A stretch of 64,000 nucleotides of DNA, taken from assembly GCA_964187785.1 (NCBI GenBank), contig OZ076409.1:18538001-18602000 (forward strand), in the 5' to 3' direction. The position numbers and the translations under genes were made by a program. Origin of the DNA: Amphiscolops sp. MND2022. Lineage: Eukaryota. The notes under the pieces are model-generated. The model searched no databases. It worked only from the letters and a program-made list of their open reading frames with translations, and was not told the DNA's origin. This document shows positions 36,660 through 49,833 of this stretch, piece by piece; the stretch's first letter is position 1; every line of letters begins with the position of its first letter.

Positions 36660-39600
36660 GGCGATCACCAATTGGCAATCCACAAAAACTTGTGAAAAGT
36701 TCAAGCAGTTTCAACTGGGGTTATGCATCCGTCAAAACCTAAGAACCCTCAACAAAATCAACTCCGCCTTTCTCTCTCTCATTGATTCCGCAATTGTCAA
36801 TTTTTCCCCTATTGTCAACTCAGATAATTATTTTTCAAAACATTAAAATCGTGCTGAGCATAGGTCGACGCCCTGATTAGGGCAAAAAACCAATAAGTCA
36901 TTCAGACGTTCGGAACTGTTTTGGAAAAAAGTCGTAAAAACTTAGTGCAAGGATTTTTTTAAGCGAGGACTCTTTGGGCTTTGAATATCATTTTTTAAAC
37001 TGGAAACGTCAGACAAATTAGATCAAGATGTTTTAATGGAATAGAAAAGTTTCCAGAAAAGTAAATGATGTCCAAAACAAATGGGGTTACATTTCAGACA
37101 GAGAAGAGGTTGTTTTCAACTTCATTTTTGTCCAAAAAAGGAAGTGAGAATAAATTTGAAAGGATCGCACAGTGCACAAAAACGCGCTACTTTTGTATTC
37201 GGCAACTAATTTTCTGAATTTGAAAGGGAGGTTACTTTGAAAGATTTTGGCACTTTCTTGATTTCAGGCGTATTGTAGATATTTGCTATATATTCTGCCC
37301 CCTTCGACATGATTGAAAACCGTGAAAACAATGAAATCTTGGTTTTTATTTGAAAAAAAGTACGATTACCTAAGGTTCCTCTAGATGATTGGGGAACATA
37401 CAAAAATTTCGATTGGATAGAGACAGTGTTTAGGATTTGGAGCAGCAGTTGTGTGTTACATGATTTCATTGAAATGAAACCAACAGACAAGTGACAATAA
37501 AGGTCAAAATGCTATTTGAAACAGCTTTCAAGAGCCTGAGCAAAAACGATACGTAAGATCTTTACCTCAATATTAGTCAGAAGTTAGAACAACACGTCCG
37601 TCAAGCACCGGGATATTTCCCGCCTTCTTCGCCATCACCAACTGAGGCATAGCTATTTTTGCAGGGGGAATAGAATTTAAAGTATAAGATCTAAAATTTA
37701 ATGATTTCAGATCTTATTCTCTTTAGGTTTTATTTACGTCCTGAAATTTTAGATCTTATTCTCAATAGAGAGTGTAGAAAAGAGTGAAGAAAAGTGAAAA
37801 GTGGAGTTATGGCAGAATTTGGGAGAAAAACCACACCCCAGATCATGGTTTTCCTTCCCGTTTATGTTGGCGGGAAAAGTAGAAAAATTCATTGAAGTTT
37901 TCGTTAAATCGAACCTTACCCCCAAACATCCAGAATAGCGACTAGCTGGGAGTAGCATTGTCGGTAGACTCACCCATGACAAAAATATACCCGATGATTT
38001 TACTATTTATGCGTTTGGAATGTCAACAACCAAAGAGACAATTACAACGCTGCAAAAAATGCTGACAAAAGTCTCAAAACAGTCATAATTCAAGATGACA
38101 CAAGTTCAATACTGAAGGAAAAACATACAGATACGGAAGCGTTACATGAAAATTTTAACCAGCTGGTGTATTTTGTGCGAACTAAATTCAAGCCTGAAAA
38201 TTTAGTAATTGTGAGATGCCACCTGTCCAAAACAGCCGTGACGATAATAATCGGGTTGACGAGTTCAACAAATTACTGGACGACAAATATAACAGCTTGG
38301 AAGGCAATCAAATACTGTAGATTAACAAAATAGTCCAATCGTTGCAAAATCCACGGCAACTGTACTACTGTACAAATGTACTCAAATAAATTAGCGAAAG
38401 GAATGAAACAACTGGAAAATAGGAAAAAGTGCTGGAGAGAATACTTTATTCAGTACAGCTTTAATCAATTTCATTAATTTTGCAATTGATGCATTTAGTT
38501 TGTTTATTAATAATTACACTGCTTTTTTTAAAAGAAACAAATTGATGTATCTTTTAATTGGGGAAGTCAGTGTTTTTTTATAAAATTGATTGAAGTTTGA
38601 TCACATAGTTGGACAAATGATTTATGCAGAGTTTTTTTGGAACGATTAGCTGTTTTTGGAATTACCTATTTTTCGGAACCCCTCGTCGAGACTGCTGCAA
38701 CTTTTTACATGCCTGCAGGCAAAGTAGATTTTAAAACCTTGTAAAATTAGTATGTTTTGGTGGTAAGTTTTAAGAGATGCACAGCAGTTTACACTATTGC
38801 AATTAAAATTGAAAACGAAAATCAATTTGTTTTCAGACGTTTTCTAAATTACTCACATGATGTGATTACTGCTTTTTAAATAGCAGTGTAACCTTGACGC
38901 TAATTTGCCGTGTATTACGTGACTGCGGTTATGTTACAATAACAGCGGTAGCACTGATAGCAACTTAGTTGCATTTAAAATTAGATCTGTTTCTTAATGG
39001 CACCTGCAGACTTCAAGGTTGAAAACTGTTGTCAATTTTAGTATGTTTTTTCATGCAGCTTGATGAAAGTCAAGTACAACAGTCAAATATTTTCGCGAGG
39101 AATTTTCGTTAAAGTTTTTCCTAAAAAACAATAATAAAAGTTGCTGACAACTGTGAAATCCAATTAAAAATTTCAATTATATCAAAAATGGACTATACAG
39201 CTTATTTTTCAAAGAAACCAGAGATATTACTGAGTTTTGGGAAGTGTTCAATTTTGTTCATTTTTTTTCGAAATTCATAACCAAAAACATATTTTTCTTT
39301 GGGTTCAGTTGGATTGAGATGATAAGGGTTTGAGCTGACGTGGATTGCATTCGCTGAACTGTCAAGCAAAATGTATCGAAAAGGTACCGAAACTTGTGGT
39401 TGCCAATTACATGAATCCTAAGCATGTATGCGAACGCCGTAATGCCTGAGAGAATCTCCGAAGACAAACAGCTGGACAGCCTGTTTATCTTCCTGTTTAT
39501 CAGTTGATTTGGTGTGAGTTCATTGGCTCTGCTAGAGTTCAGAAGTAATTTTTTGCTGAAAATGCATTAAGGCAGAAAGAATCGCGGTGCTATGTATGCG

Positions 39601-41030
39601 TCTTGTTTATCAAAGCAATGAATATGCGAGTATCGAAAGAAACCAGTTGTTACACACTACTAGGTTTACTGTATCAAAACTACTTATCAACGACAAGTGT
39701 CATGAGGTTATTCTTGCGATTGGATTAAATGCCCGTGACAATCCCCATCCACCAAAAGACCTATTCTTCTCCTGAGTGGTATCATTCTGCTTTCCTGTTC
39801 AATCTCTTCGTGCGGTCTGTACATGCAAGACGGTGTGGTTGCATTTTTTTATTCTCAGAATGAAATTTCTATGAATTTCTAATGCTTGACGCTTTTTTTT
39901 ACTTTATTGGCTCATTCTAGGAGAAATTTTTGAAAAAAACGTCATATTTGACTTCAAAATGTTTGCTTAGTAGTTGAACTCTAATGATTAAATGCCAAAA
40001 GAAACGGTAGGAGGAACGCTTCACGATCTTGAAAAACCAAAAATTTGAAAATTTTATTTTTAAAACTTATTTTGGGCCATTTTGGGATTTTTGGGACAGA
40101 AGGGTTTTGTTCCTGTTCGAAAGTACCAGTCAAAGAATCCCAATTGGTCACGAACTACAGTAGTTTTGAGTGAAAAGTTTCCCTTTTTTGAATACACTGA
40201 AACAGTAAACGTTTGTCGCATGAACTTTCAGACATAGACGTCTCAGAAGTTGCGGTGAAAGTTTAGAACCAAACTATCAGCACTTGAAGGTCAATAACAT
40301 TAGCAAAAAAGAAAACGTGCGAGCATTCAGTTTATTTTTCATTGCTGGCGGTATTTTTTACTTGCCAAGTCTTTGTTGTTTTTAAACTTGTTAGCAACAT
40401 CTTTCAATTGTGATCTCGATGTTACGTGATCGAAAGAATGAACGGCTTAACAGTGGAATAAGAACAGCTCAACAACGGCATAATGTTAGTCTTAATTTAA
40501 ATAACCTATTCCAAACAAGGTTTTTTTCGAAAAAAGTTCCACTATATTCACAAACACATATGATACCAACCAAATTTTTTTGTCAAAATTTTTTTGTGGA
40601 AGATATCATTTTTTATCTGAAAGCAAATTAGATTTTCTGACTCAAATCAACATTTGTATAAACTAGTATGGATTGGGAACAAAACTAAAAACTAAGATAT
40701 TAACATTCTATCCTCAGGATCACTGTCGAGTATTAGGAGGATCGAAAACGTAACTGAAAAGTGTGCATCCATGGGTAAAATCTAATAAACTAAAGATCGA
40801 TGGACACTTTCATGGAAAATTTTTGCTTTGTTCGATTCTGCTAAAACACATACCAAGAAATGCTATTAGATTGTTTCGAGATGAGACTTCAAAGAGATCA
40901 ATTTGTTTTTACCCAGCGTTGTTGACTATATTATTTCCAGCAAAAATCTGTGTGACATTTTTCATTTCCCTTGCAGGCAATCATTCTAATACCGATATTC
41001 CAACTTCCCTACAATTTTGGTCCTTTGTTT

Positions 41031-41582
41031 GCCAGGTTCACAGACTATGACTTTCCATCCATGATTCATGGGTTCTCCATTTCGAGAATGATTCCGTGAT
41101 CATGGAAAGATATTTATCATTAATGGACGGTCAGGAATGAAGAGTTATGATGCCATAGATGATCATGGCAGAACGCGCTTCAATTTTCAAAGCATTTTTG
41201 AAGTTTACCAAAAATTTTGTTGTGTTGTTTTCTCAATTTTTTGAGGTAAACTTTTTGGGAACAAAATTCGTTCCAATCGAACGCTCTTGAATAATTTTAG
41301 CTGAAATGCATAAATTATCACAATCTTGTTAAAAGCTTCCATTGTTAACAAAACATGATTCGCATGTATTGAGAATCACCATGAATAGTTAGCTATGATA
41401 CGAATGTCTTGACAATCACAATGGGTGACTTGCTATGATTCTAATGTAATGAAAATCTACATGGATAATTTACCATGATTCTAATGTAATGAAAATCACT
41501 AGGGCTGATCAGCCATGATTCGAAAGTAATACCATGATCATGGATGAAAAGCCGAGAATGAGCCATGAAACTCAATCTGGGT
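41031..41582. mobile_element. Shorter, diverged member of the CCCAGG TIR family
   Basis: gccaggttcac... left end, ...aatctggg right end, internal ~36-bp atgattctaatgtaatgaaaatc repeats. Confidence 0.5.
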
Positions 41583-42995
41583 TTTTATTCTTGCATTTTT
41601 TCCTTGCTTCTTCACGAAGTCTTTTTTGATGCACGCACGTGCGTTTAACCCTTTTTCACATAATTTGCGTTTAATGGTTTGACATTATGAATTGAGTTAA
41701 ACTACAGTCACCAATGTATCAACTAATTGAAAATATATTGAAAAATTTGTCATTTTCGTAACGGCAATGTGATGAATTTTATTAGGCATGAAATTCTGGA
41801 ATAATTTTACGCGAAGCTTTCAGGTGGTAAAATTGATTTAAAATAACTCTTTTTTTACGTAGGAAAACCGTAAGCATCATTCCGCGTGTTTTGTGCTCAA
41901 AAAGATAGATCTAATTTCAGTTGAAAATAAAGATTTTCTAAAAACGAATGAAAAGCAGATTTCAAATTTTTCAGCCCTATTGGTACAGGTGTTTCATAAA
42001 AGCTCTCCATTGGTTCTATTCCACAAGTAAATTAAATAATGATTTATTTATTTGACGTTATCTAAATCATCGTTTAATGTGTGTCCATAAAAATACATTA
42101 TTAAACAGAGGAGGAAGAATAATTTCAAACAATAAAGCACATAATTCGAAATAAATTCGCTTCTTTAATTTCCGACAAAAAGAATATCGAGCTGATTGCT
42201 TTTGTAGGTTAGATAAATTTTAAGAGTTCTTGGGTCTCTTTCCGTAATCACGCTACAAAACTATGTTTTGTTCAGATAAACTGTTCATATGAACATTTCT
42301 GTTTCACATCTTAGTTTGAACTTCAAGCATTCGATCTTATCACGAAGGTTTCTGATTATTTTCTTTTTCTTGTTTTTCGCCTGAATCACTTCAAATTTGT
42401 AATAACAAAAAGAAACAGTTTACCATTCCAGGCCAATTTAAATTATTTATCGGCTTCTCTTTATATAATAACAAAATCACGTGATTGTATATATCACCCA
42501 AGGTCGGGCCCGTTGGGGCACAGGCAACGTTCATCGGTCAGCGGGCTTTGGCCTACTGGCTGCAGGCTTCGTAAGATTCCATAATGGACTCAAATTCTTC
42601 CAGAGAATTAACCAAACCTCATCTCATTTCTAACAGCAACTTTTACAAACCGGGGTCTTTAAATTTGAGATGATATCGTATAAGAATCGGTTTCTCGACG
42701 ATATGCGAGTGAACGAACAAGTGAACACGCAAACTACGTTCAATCGCCACCTCACTTGTAGCGATTTTGTCAAGTGTAAACTTCAAGATTTATTCCAATT
42801 TTCCAGGCACTTTTAAATAAGCCTCGTGGAGTATCTTGTCGATTGTCATGCCCGAATGGCATGATCGAAGATGAAAGGAACAAACTCAAAATATACATGA
42901 AATAACCTTTAGTACAACATTGCAATAACAAGTTATTACATGTAAATAATACATACAATGTGCTTCAATTGTCGATCTTGTGCCCTAAATCAAAT

Positions 42996-43092
42996 CAACT
43001 GAACGCTATGACGACTGGTTATCCCAGTCGTTGTAAACGTATTGAACACATTTACAACGACTGGGATAACCAGTCGTCATAACGTTCAATTG
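42996..43092. repeat. Long inverted repeat (42-bp arms, 13-nt loop) with nested hairpins
   Basis: Arms match at 40/42; each arm contains acgactgg-N5-ccagtcgt. Confidence 0.92.
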
Positions 43093-45466
43093 TGTATCAT
43101 CATACTATTCAATCCTTCGTGAATTACGCATATTTGCCACATATTATTCAATTAATTTATACTCGTGTTTGTCATTTTCCGTATTTTTCAACTATTTGTG
43201 AAAACCACGTACTGTTACAGTGTTACCATTTTTTTCATACATGCAAAAACAACTGTAACGCCCAGTCATCATTATACATTCAAACCACACTATCGTGATA
43301 TAGTTCAATAATAAGTAAACGTATTTACCTAGTTACCAATGATTACGGTAATGATGAATCGTCTTAACATTGAAATGAAATTATGCAGTTAACATGACGA
43401 CTGAAGTAGGCAGTCGTACAAAATCGCTCAAAAGCAGGAGATCAAAAAATGGGTCAATCCTCACCAATTAGTACGTGAGTTGTGATTGGCTATTGCAGTC
43501 ACGTGACAAGACGCAATCACAGTGTACAGAATCCTGTTTGGGAACAGACGAAAGTCATTATACGTCTTGTTACCACGACTGGAAGATACCATTTTTATAC
43601 TGCGATTGTAAACCATTTTTAGTAGAACTTTAAAATCTCAGTTCAAATGATCACTTCAACCACAAATTTTTTTGTCAAAAGTTTTAACTACACGAAAAAT
43701 GGATGAATCCTTTAACGACGATGATACCTACAGCCTACCTGAAACAGATTTAGTATTGAACTCTCGGAATCACAGGAAATGAAACATGAGAGAATCAGAT
43801 AGAACAACGACTCTTGGACATGAATAGACAAATGGCGAGTCAACAAGTCTGGTTAGGGCCCTTACCGAAAGGATTTCCTCTAATACTAGATAAGGGAACG
43901 AATTCAATTTTCTTTTCTGGCAACTACTGCTCAAAGCCGTTTCGACTTGGTGAGAGGAGTCCAGAACTCACTTTTACCTCCACCACGCACATCAGCGCCA
44001 ACTAGAAATCCACGAAATGATTCAACTGCCCCTCAGCTGACAGCCTTCATGACTGAAATCCACCATCTGCGCAACATGATGGGAGTCAGCATTACTGAAC
44101 CGAAAAGTCTCCAGACACAGGGGTAACTGTTTTCAGGAAACAGGGAAAAACACAACAAATTTGAGCCTACTCAACTATCTGCGAACACACTCTCACCAAC
44201 TCACAGAAGAATGATCGTTAACTTCTTCCAAACCCTAATGGGCGATGATGCATTCGAATTTTAGCAGACGCTGAAAAATTTGACGGAGACAACCTTACGT
44301 GATATCTTGGTGGCAGCATTCAAGAAGAATACGCCAAAGTGGAGTTGACAGAAGTCTCAAAGATCAAATTGGACCAACTCCGTTCTGGCCCGACGACGGA
44401 GTCCTTCAACAATTTTCTCTCCAACTGCAAAAATAGCCAAACAAGCCATGGAGAAAAAGCGCAAGAGAGTGTTCAGACATTCCTCTTTGCAAAACTGCCA
44501 ATACAAGATCAACCCGAAATGAACTGGCAATCGCTGGAAAACAAGAAAACAAGACGCCGCGAAAGAAAACACAAGACATTCGTTCAGGGACGATGTCAAT
44601 ACGCTCAACTATCACCGAGCGAACAACTCCAGCCATTCAACCAAGCAGTACAAGCCTTGTACCCGAAACGAAAAACGGAAAACAAAAAGAATTTTGAGGG
44701 AAATTGTAGATACTGCTGATTTACGGACATAAATGGGCAGAATGGAGAAAATGACAAAGGGACGAAGCAGCCGGCCGCAATAACTCACAAACCAAATCTG
44801 CTTCACATTCCCATCCTCGTCAACAGCAAGACAATCGACCGGATTCAATGCCTAACTTGTTTGCCAGATCTGTGGAAATGTAGGCTACTCAGCGAAGGGC
44901 TTCAGATACAGGGTAACCGTCACATTTGCGTTCAGAAGTGTCCCAGACAACAACAAACAATCAACAACGGAGAACAGAGACTCCGAAAAGATTTCAGAGG
45001 AGCCCAAAACAGCTACCAACCAAAGGAATCGACTACACAAAAGTTTCCAGATGAGAAAACTCAAGCGACCAACGAACTTGTACCCGGCGGAGTACAAGGA
45101 GACGCAACCAGCCAACAAAAAACCTCTAAGGTCACGTCATTCAAAGGACTATGCTAACAACAATTTGAGTAATCTTACTACTCATTACTATACTAAATCC
45201 TATGACACTCGCGAAACTGATCTTCGGCAGGATCAAAACGCCAAAATTACCACTACCAACCAGACGACGATTCATGGAGAACATCATCCCAATACGCCTA
45301 AACCACCAAAAGATTAGAAACTACAAACGAAGGCGACTAAACGTCTTTTCGACAATCTACCTACAGCAATCCGCAGTAACAAAAACGAAACAGCTCCAAG
45401 AACGAAGAGAGACGTTGCAGTCCATTTTCTCAGTTTTTTTTACAGTACAATTAACCAGAAAAGACA

Positions 45467-45800
45467 GTGTTGTACGTTTCCCTCCAGTTCCACAAATTCG
45501 AGATCTATGGACTCCGTGACACAGGAGCCATACAGAGTACAATGTCGGAGGACGAACTACGACGGATCAAATCAGCAGCACTCCTTGAAGAGTACCCAGC
45601 CCCATATTTCCAAAGTCCAAAATACCAACGGGAGCCTTGTCCGGGAACGGAAACGGAAAAAGCGATTTCCTCGCGTCTTCATTGGAGTAAAGATTTCAGA
45701 GGAGAACTTCATGATTCTCGCCACGATTGGCAACATCTGGGTTGGCATGTCGTTCTTTAAACAGTACTCAGTTATACGTGATCTTGCAAACAACATTGGT
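45467..45800 (+). pseudogene. Gypsy-D aspartic protease remnant
   Basis: GLRDTGAIQSTMSEDELRRI (D-T-G active site). Confidence 0.8.
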
Positions 45801-46399
45801 CAAATTCTCGGACATCACCTTCCACTTAAAACCAGAACGACGACGGTACAATATACAAATGATTGAATTGCGATCATCGCAAAAAATATTGATTCCACGT
45901 GACCAACAACTCTTTGTCCAAGTACTAGCCGAGAAGAATCTTGGCACAATCCAGGGCACAGTGGAAACCTTTCCGTTGGTCGAAAGACGACACTGGTTGT
46001 CCCCAGCACTGGCCCAAATCACAGAAATAAAAAGTTTTGTGCAAATCACCAACTTTACCAGCCTCACAGTACTACTGGACCCGAACACGACAGTGGCTAT
46101 ACTCAATAGCCTTACTCCTAACGAAGCTGAAAGATTCAACAGAAGTCAAACGAACAACTCACCCTCTTCACCAACTAATGTGGTAACCAACTGATTCAGG
46201 ACCCAGATTTTGTGTCACCCGAGACATGCGACCATCCCTTCAAGCTGAACCTTGTCGAAAAAATATACGATGAGATCGTCAAACTCCGTGAAGAAGCACT
46301 AGATCCTAGTGTAGACGACCAACAACAAAAGTGGTTCCTACCCAACTTACTTTAATGGGAAAGCTCAATACTGTCGTAAATAAAACGATAACCAAATGA

Positions 46400-47780
46400 G
46401 AGCCTACTTGTGAAGTACCTTAACATCTTTGTTCGCTAGACATCGACTTGATTTTGGTATCGAAACGGACTTTATGGTCAAGCTCACACAAAGGATGACG
46501 ACCCAGTTTACGCGCAGAGCCTTCCAACGCCAACCAGTCTCAAAGACTCTTCACTGGTCAACTTTGCACTGAAGCAAGAGTATGCTATCTTTACCACGCT
46601 ACCATACAGCAAACTTTCACCTCCCATAATTTCACAATGGAAACCAGAAGGGAAACTCTGCATTTCAGTCGACCTGCGCGGAAACAACCACCTTTTCAGA
46701 ACAACCAACACAACCATCCACTTACCACCAATGCAAGCGCTACTCACCAACATGGCAGGAAAGAAGTGTTTCTGCAAATTGAACTGCTCACAGGCATACC
46801 ATTGCTTACAGATGGCAAACGAGCATTCAGTTCAGCTGCTGCGTTCAACATTGGGAGCCAAAATTTGCCTAACTGCGCTCGCCACAGGGACACCTCAGAT
46901 CCCTATTGACTTCTGATACGACTGTACGGAAAAAAAACGAAATTACGTGGATGACCTTCTGAAAGCCGACATATGTGCACAAAAAGTTGACGACGTCGGC
47001 ATTGCAGCAAACTACGTCGAGCACCTGTTGTCCAACTTTGAGGCAGTGTTCAAACAAATCCAAGAAGCTGGAATCAAACTGTTAATGTCCATTTGCGCCT
47101 TCAGTCACCCGAAAACTGATTTTCTTTGAAGGAGTATAACATCGGAAGGAGTCGCTCCACTTTAGGACAAAATGACAAGTTCCCAAGGAAAAGGAACTCC
47201 CAACGTCTGTAAAGTCTTTCCAGAGGTCCATCGGTTCTGTCCAGTTTTACAGGCAGTACATCCCACGCCTGGCAGACAAAATTACGTCATTGTGCAAGTT
47301 CCTTCGAAAAGACGTCAAACTTCAAATGACCCAACAACACCAGGTCACAATCTTTGAGATCAACAGAATCCTTGCGAAAGATGCTAAACTGTCATCACGC
47401 ATCTCCTTACCCGACACACAACTACTGGTAATTTGTGACGCCAATCGACATGCTGCCGGTTAGGTACTCCTGAAAGAAGACTACAGCGAGTGCATTCTGG
47501 ACCCAACGGTTCTCAGAAGGCCAAATGTCGAGAACGATGTACGCTAAAGAGTTCCCAAAAATGTATTTTGTCTTCGATGAATTTGCCCACATGTTATTGG
47601 GTGTCAAGAAGCCAGCAACAGTGATGACCGACAAGATGGCCAACAACAGAACATACCAGATTGTTCCAATCAAAACAGATCAAACCAAATTTTTTAAATT
47701 ATTGTGACCACGCTCTCCAAATTGATTTCGTCCTTGCTCATGTTCGGGCACTGACAACCTGCTTATGTTACAGCTCAGTA
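46400..47780 (+). pseudogene. pol: Gypsy-D RT and RNase H, decayed
   Basis: CISVDLR, CKLNCSQAYHCLQMA, VDDVGIAAN, KELMYAKEF-like segment and MLLGVKKPATVMTD. Confidence 0.8.
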
Positions 47781-48658
47781 ATTGTTTTGTTATTTGACAT
47801 GAGGAGCGATTTGCCTGGAACTCAACGACGAAATTTCGGTATTCCATCTCGAGATCGATCTGTCATCGAAGACGCCGAAGCAAGACGAAGACGATTACAT
47901 ACCTTATGCCCACTTTACCACCTAAGACGCAGGCTGCTGCCATTAAAGTCATTTTGGGCCAGGTCTTTCAAGATGAAGTCGACTCAAGTGAACATTTTCA
48001 TGAGAGGTTTGAAACCATCCGTCGTCAAATCACATCGATCTTCACGGGAAAATATGACGAGATGACGTTCACAAGATTCACACGAAGTTGTTTTGACTAA
48101 GTGGTAAATCAGATATTCCTCAACAGTGATTTCCAAAGATTCCAGTTCTAGCTGGAAAACTTTGACATTCGAAGCATGGTTAGAATTTTGACCCAAAACA
48201 GAACGCCACCTAATCATGTTACCTTTACCAGTCAGTTTTTCCTAACACTTTCGAAAAACAAGAGAAGACTTAAAGTAGTAAACAAATGTTGTACAGAAAT
48301 TGTTTTGACGGTACGGGAAAAGCTTAGAGTCAACAACTGGTTGTTCTTCGTACTACCAATAACCGAATAATCCAGTCGCTTTACAACGACCCACTTCAAA
48401 GTCACCATGGAAACTGTGAAATCTTGAAAGAACTTCGTAAAAGATACTAGTGTCTGAACTTGTCCTTCAATGCGTTAGTAACTAGCAAGACTGCATCCGG
48501 TCCAAACCAATTCAAAAAGCTGCAAATACACCACCGCTGCAACAAATAATTAAACCTTATATTAGCTCTGAAGATTTTATAGCAATTGACAATTGACCTG
48601 GTAGGTGAACTCTTCCCAGCCTTCGAACGGTATCACCCACGTTCTAACAGCCTGCAAC

Positions 48659-49833
48659 CGTTACGATACATATGCCGCAAAAGTGGATTTTATCATCAAG
48701 TGTAAAGTGTATTTTCCGTAAAACGAGAACGAACCGTTTTCTAGTCAAACAGAGTAGTGTGTTCATCGTGAATTTTGATGCACAGTGTAATCAGAAATTG
48801 CGGATTTTGGTCATTGAGCGTAATTAGAGAGAAGTGGAAACCAGTCAAGAATTTCAACCTACAATTGGCTCAATTCCGTAACGTGTATGAAGCGTAAATT
48901 AGTCAATGTTTGACTAGAATTCACTTTTCGAGTACTTAGAGCTATGTACCACGTAAACTAGTCAATGTTTGACTAGAATCCACTTTTCGAGTACTTAGAA
49001 ATACCATTCATTTTAAAAGGGGAAAGTGATCAAAGTTTGACTACTTTACACCAAAGAAACGATACATCGTATTGCTTTCTTATTTATTAAAAACGCTTCA
49101 CATTGTAATTGCAGTCGGTAATTAGGTTGACGTTTGACACTTTTCACTTTGACTGGTTTACATGTACACTAATTTGACAAATTTATATAATTACATGCGT
49201 GAATTCACATGGGTAGGGACAGAAAAGAGCCTTAACGTATTACGTTTTTATTGTTCTATATATATGTATGTTTCAGATAATGGTCAGAGAACGCTAAATC
49301 TTCGGTATGTCCATTGGGGGGCTCTCGCAACAAAAGGGTGAGAGGGAGCACCCAGATACAGTAGATATGGCTCCCGTTGGGTAATTACATGTTGAAGACA
49401 GTTTATTCATATATGCTAATCAAAATCACTAACGTACACACTTTGCCGATGTGAATTCCAGTCAAAATGTGTACCAGGTTAGAAAGAAAATGATCAATGC
49501 TTCACAGTGGAAAACAGTCAAAGTAATCACTAGCTTACACACTTTGATTGTTTTTCACTTTGAAAGTGAATTCCAGTCAAATTGTGTACCAGGTTAAAGT
49601 GTAAAACAATCAATTTCCGTCTTCGTGTGTGAAGTGGAAGCCAGTCAAAGTACGTAATTGTAGAGAGTGTAAAGTAGTCATTTACTGTATTTTGATCACT
49701 ACGTGTAACGCCAAATCACACAGTGTAACGAGCAAAACTCGTAACGCGTATCAGAAATAATATCGCGTTTCTATTGGCTGTTAATCGAACTAGCAAGATC
49801 TTGCTAGTTCGTTGCGGCATATGTATCGTAATG
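48659..49833 (+). mobile_element. CACTA/EnSpm-like non-autonomous TIR element, inserted in Gypsy-D integrase
   Basis: 22-bp TIR c(g/a)ttacgatacatatgccgcaa; 26-bp palindrome at 49786-49811; many AGTCAA motifs; splits integrase segment HVLTACDYF. Confidence 0.88.

Noticed and set aside
39420-39500. GDSL lipase motif QLFVFGDSL on the minus strand
   Set aside because: The frame is closed by stops on both sides within ~35 codons, and there are no convincing splice sites or further SGNH blocks.
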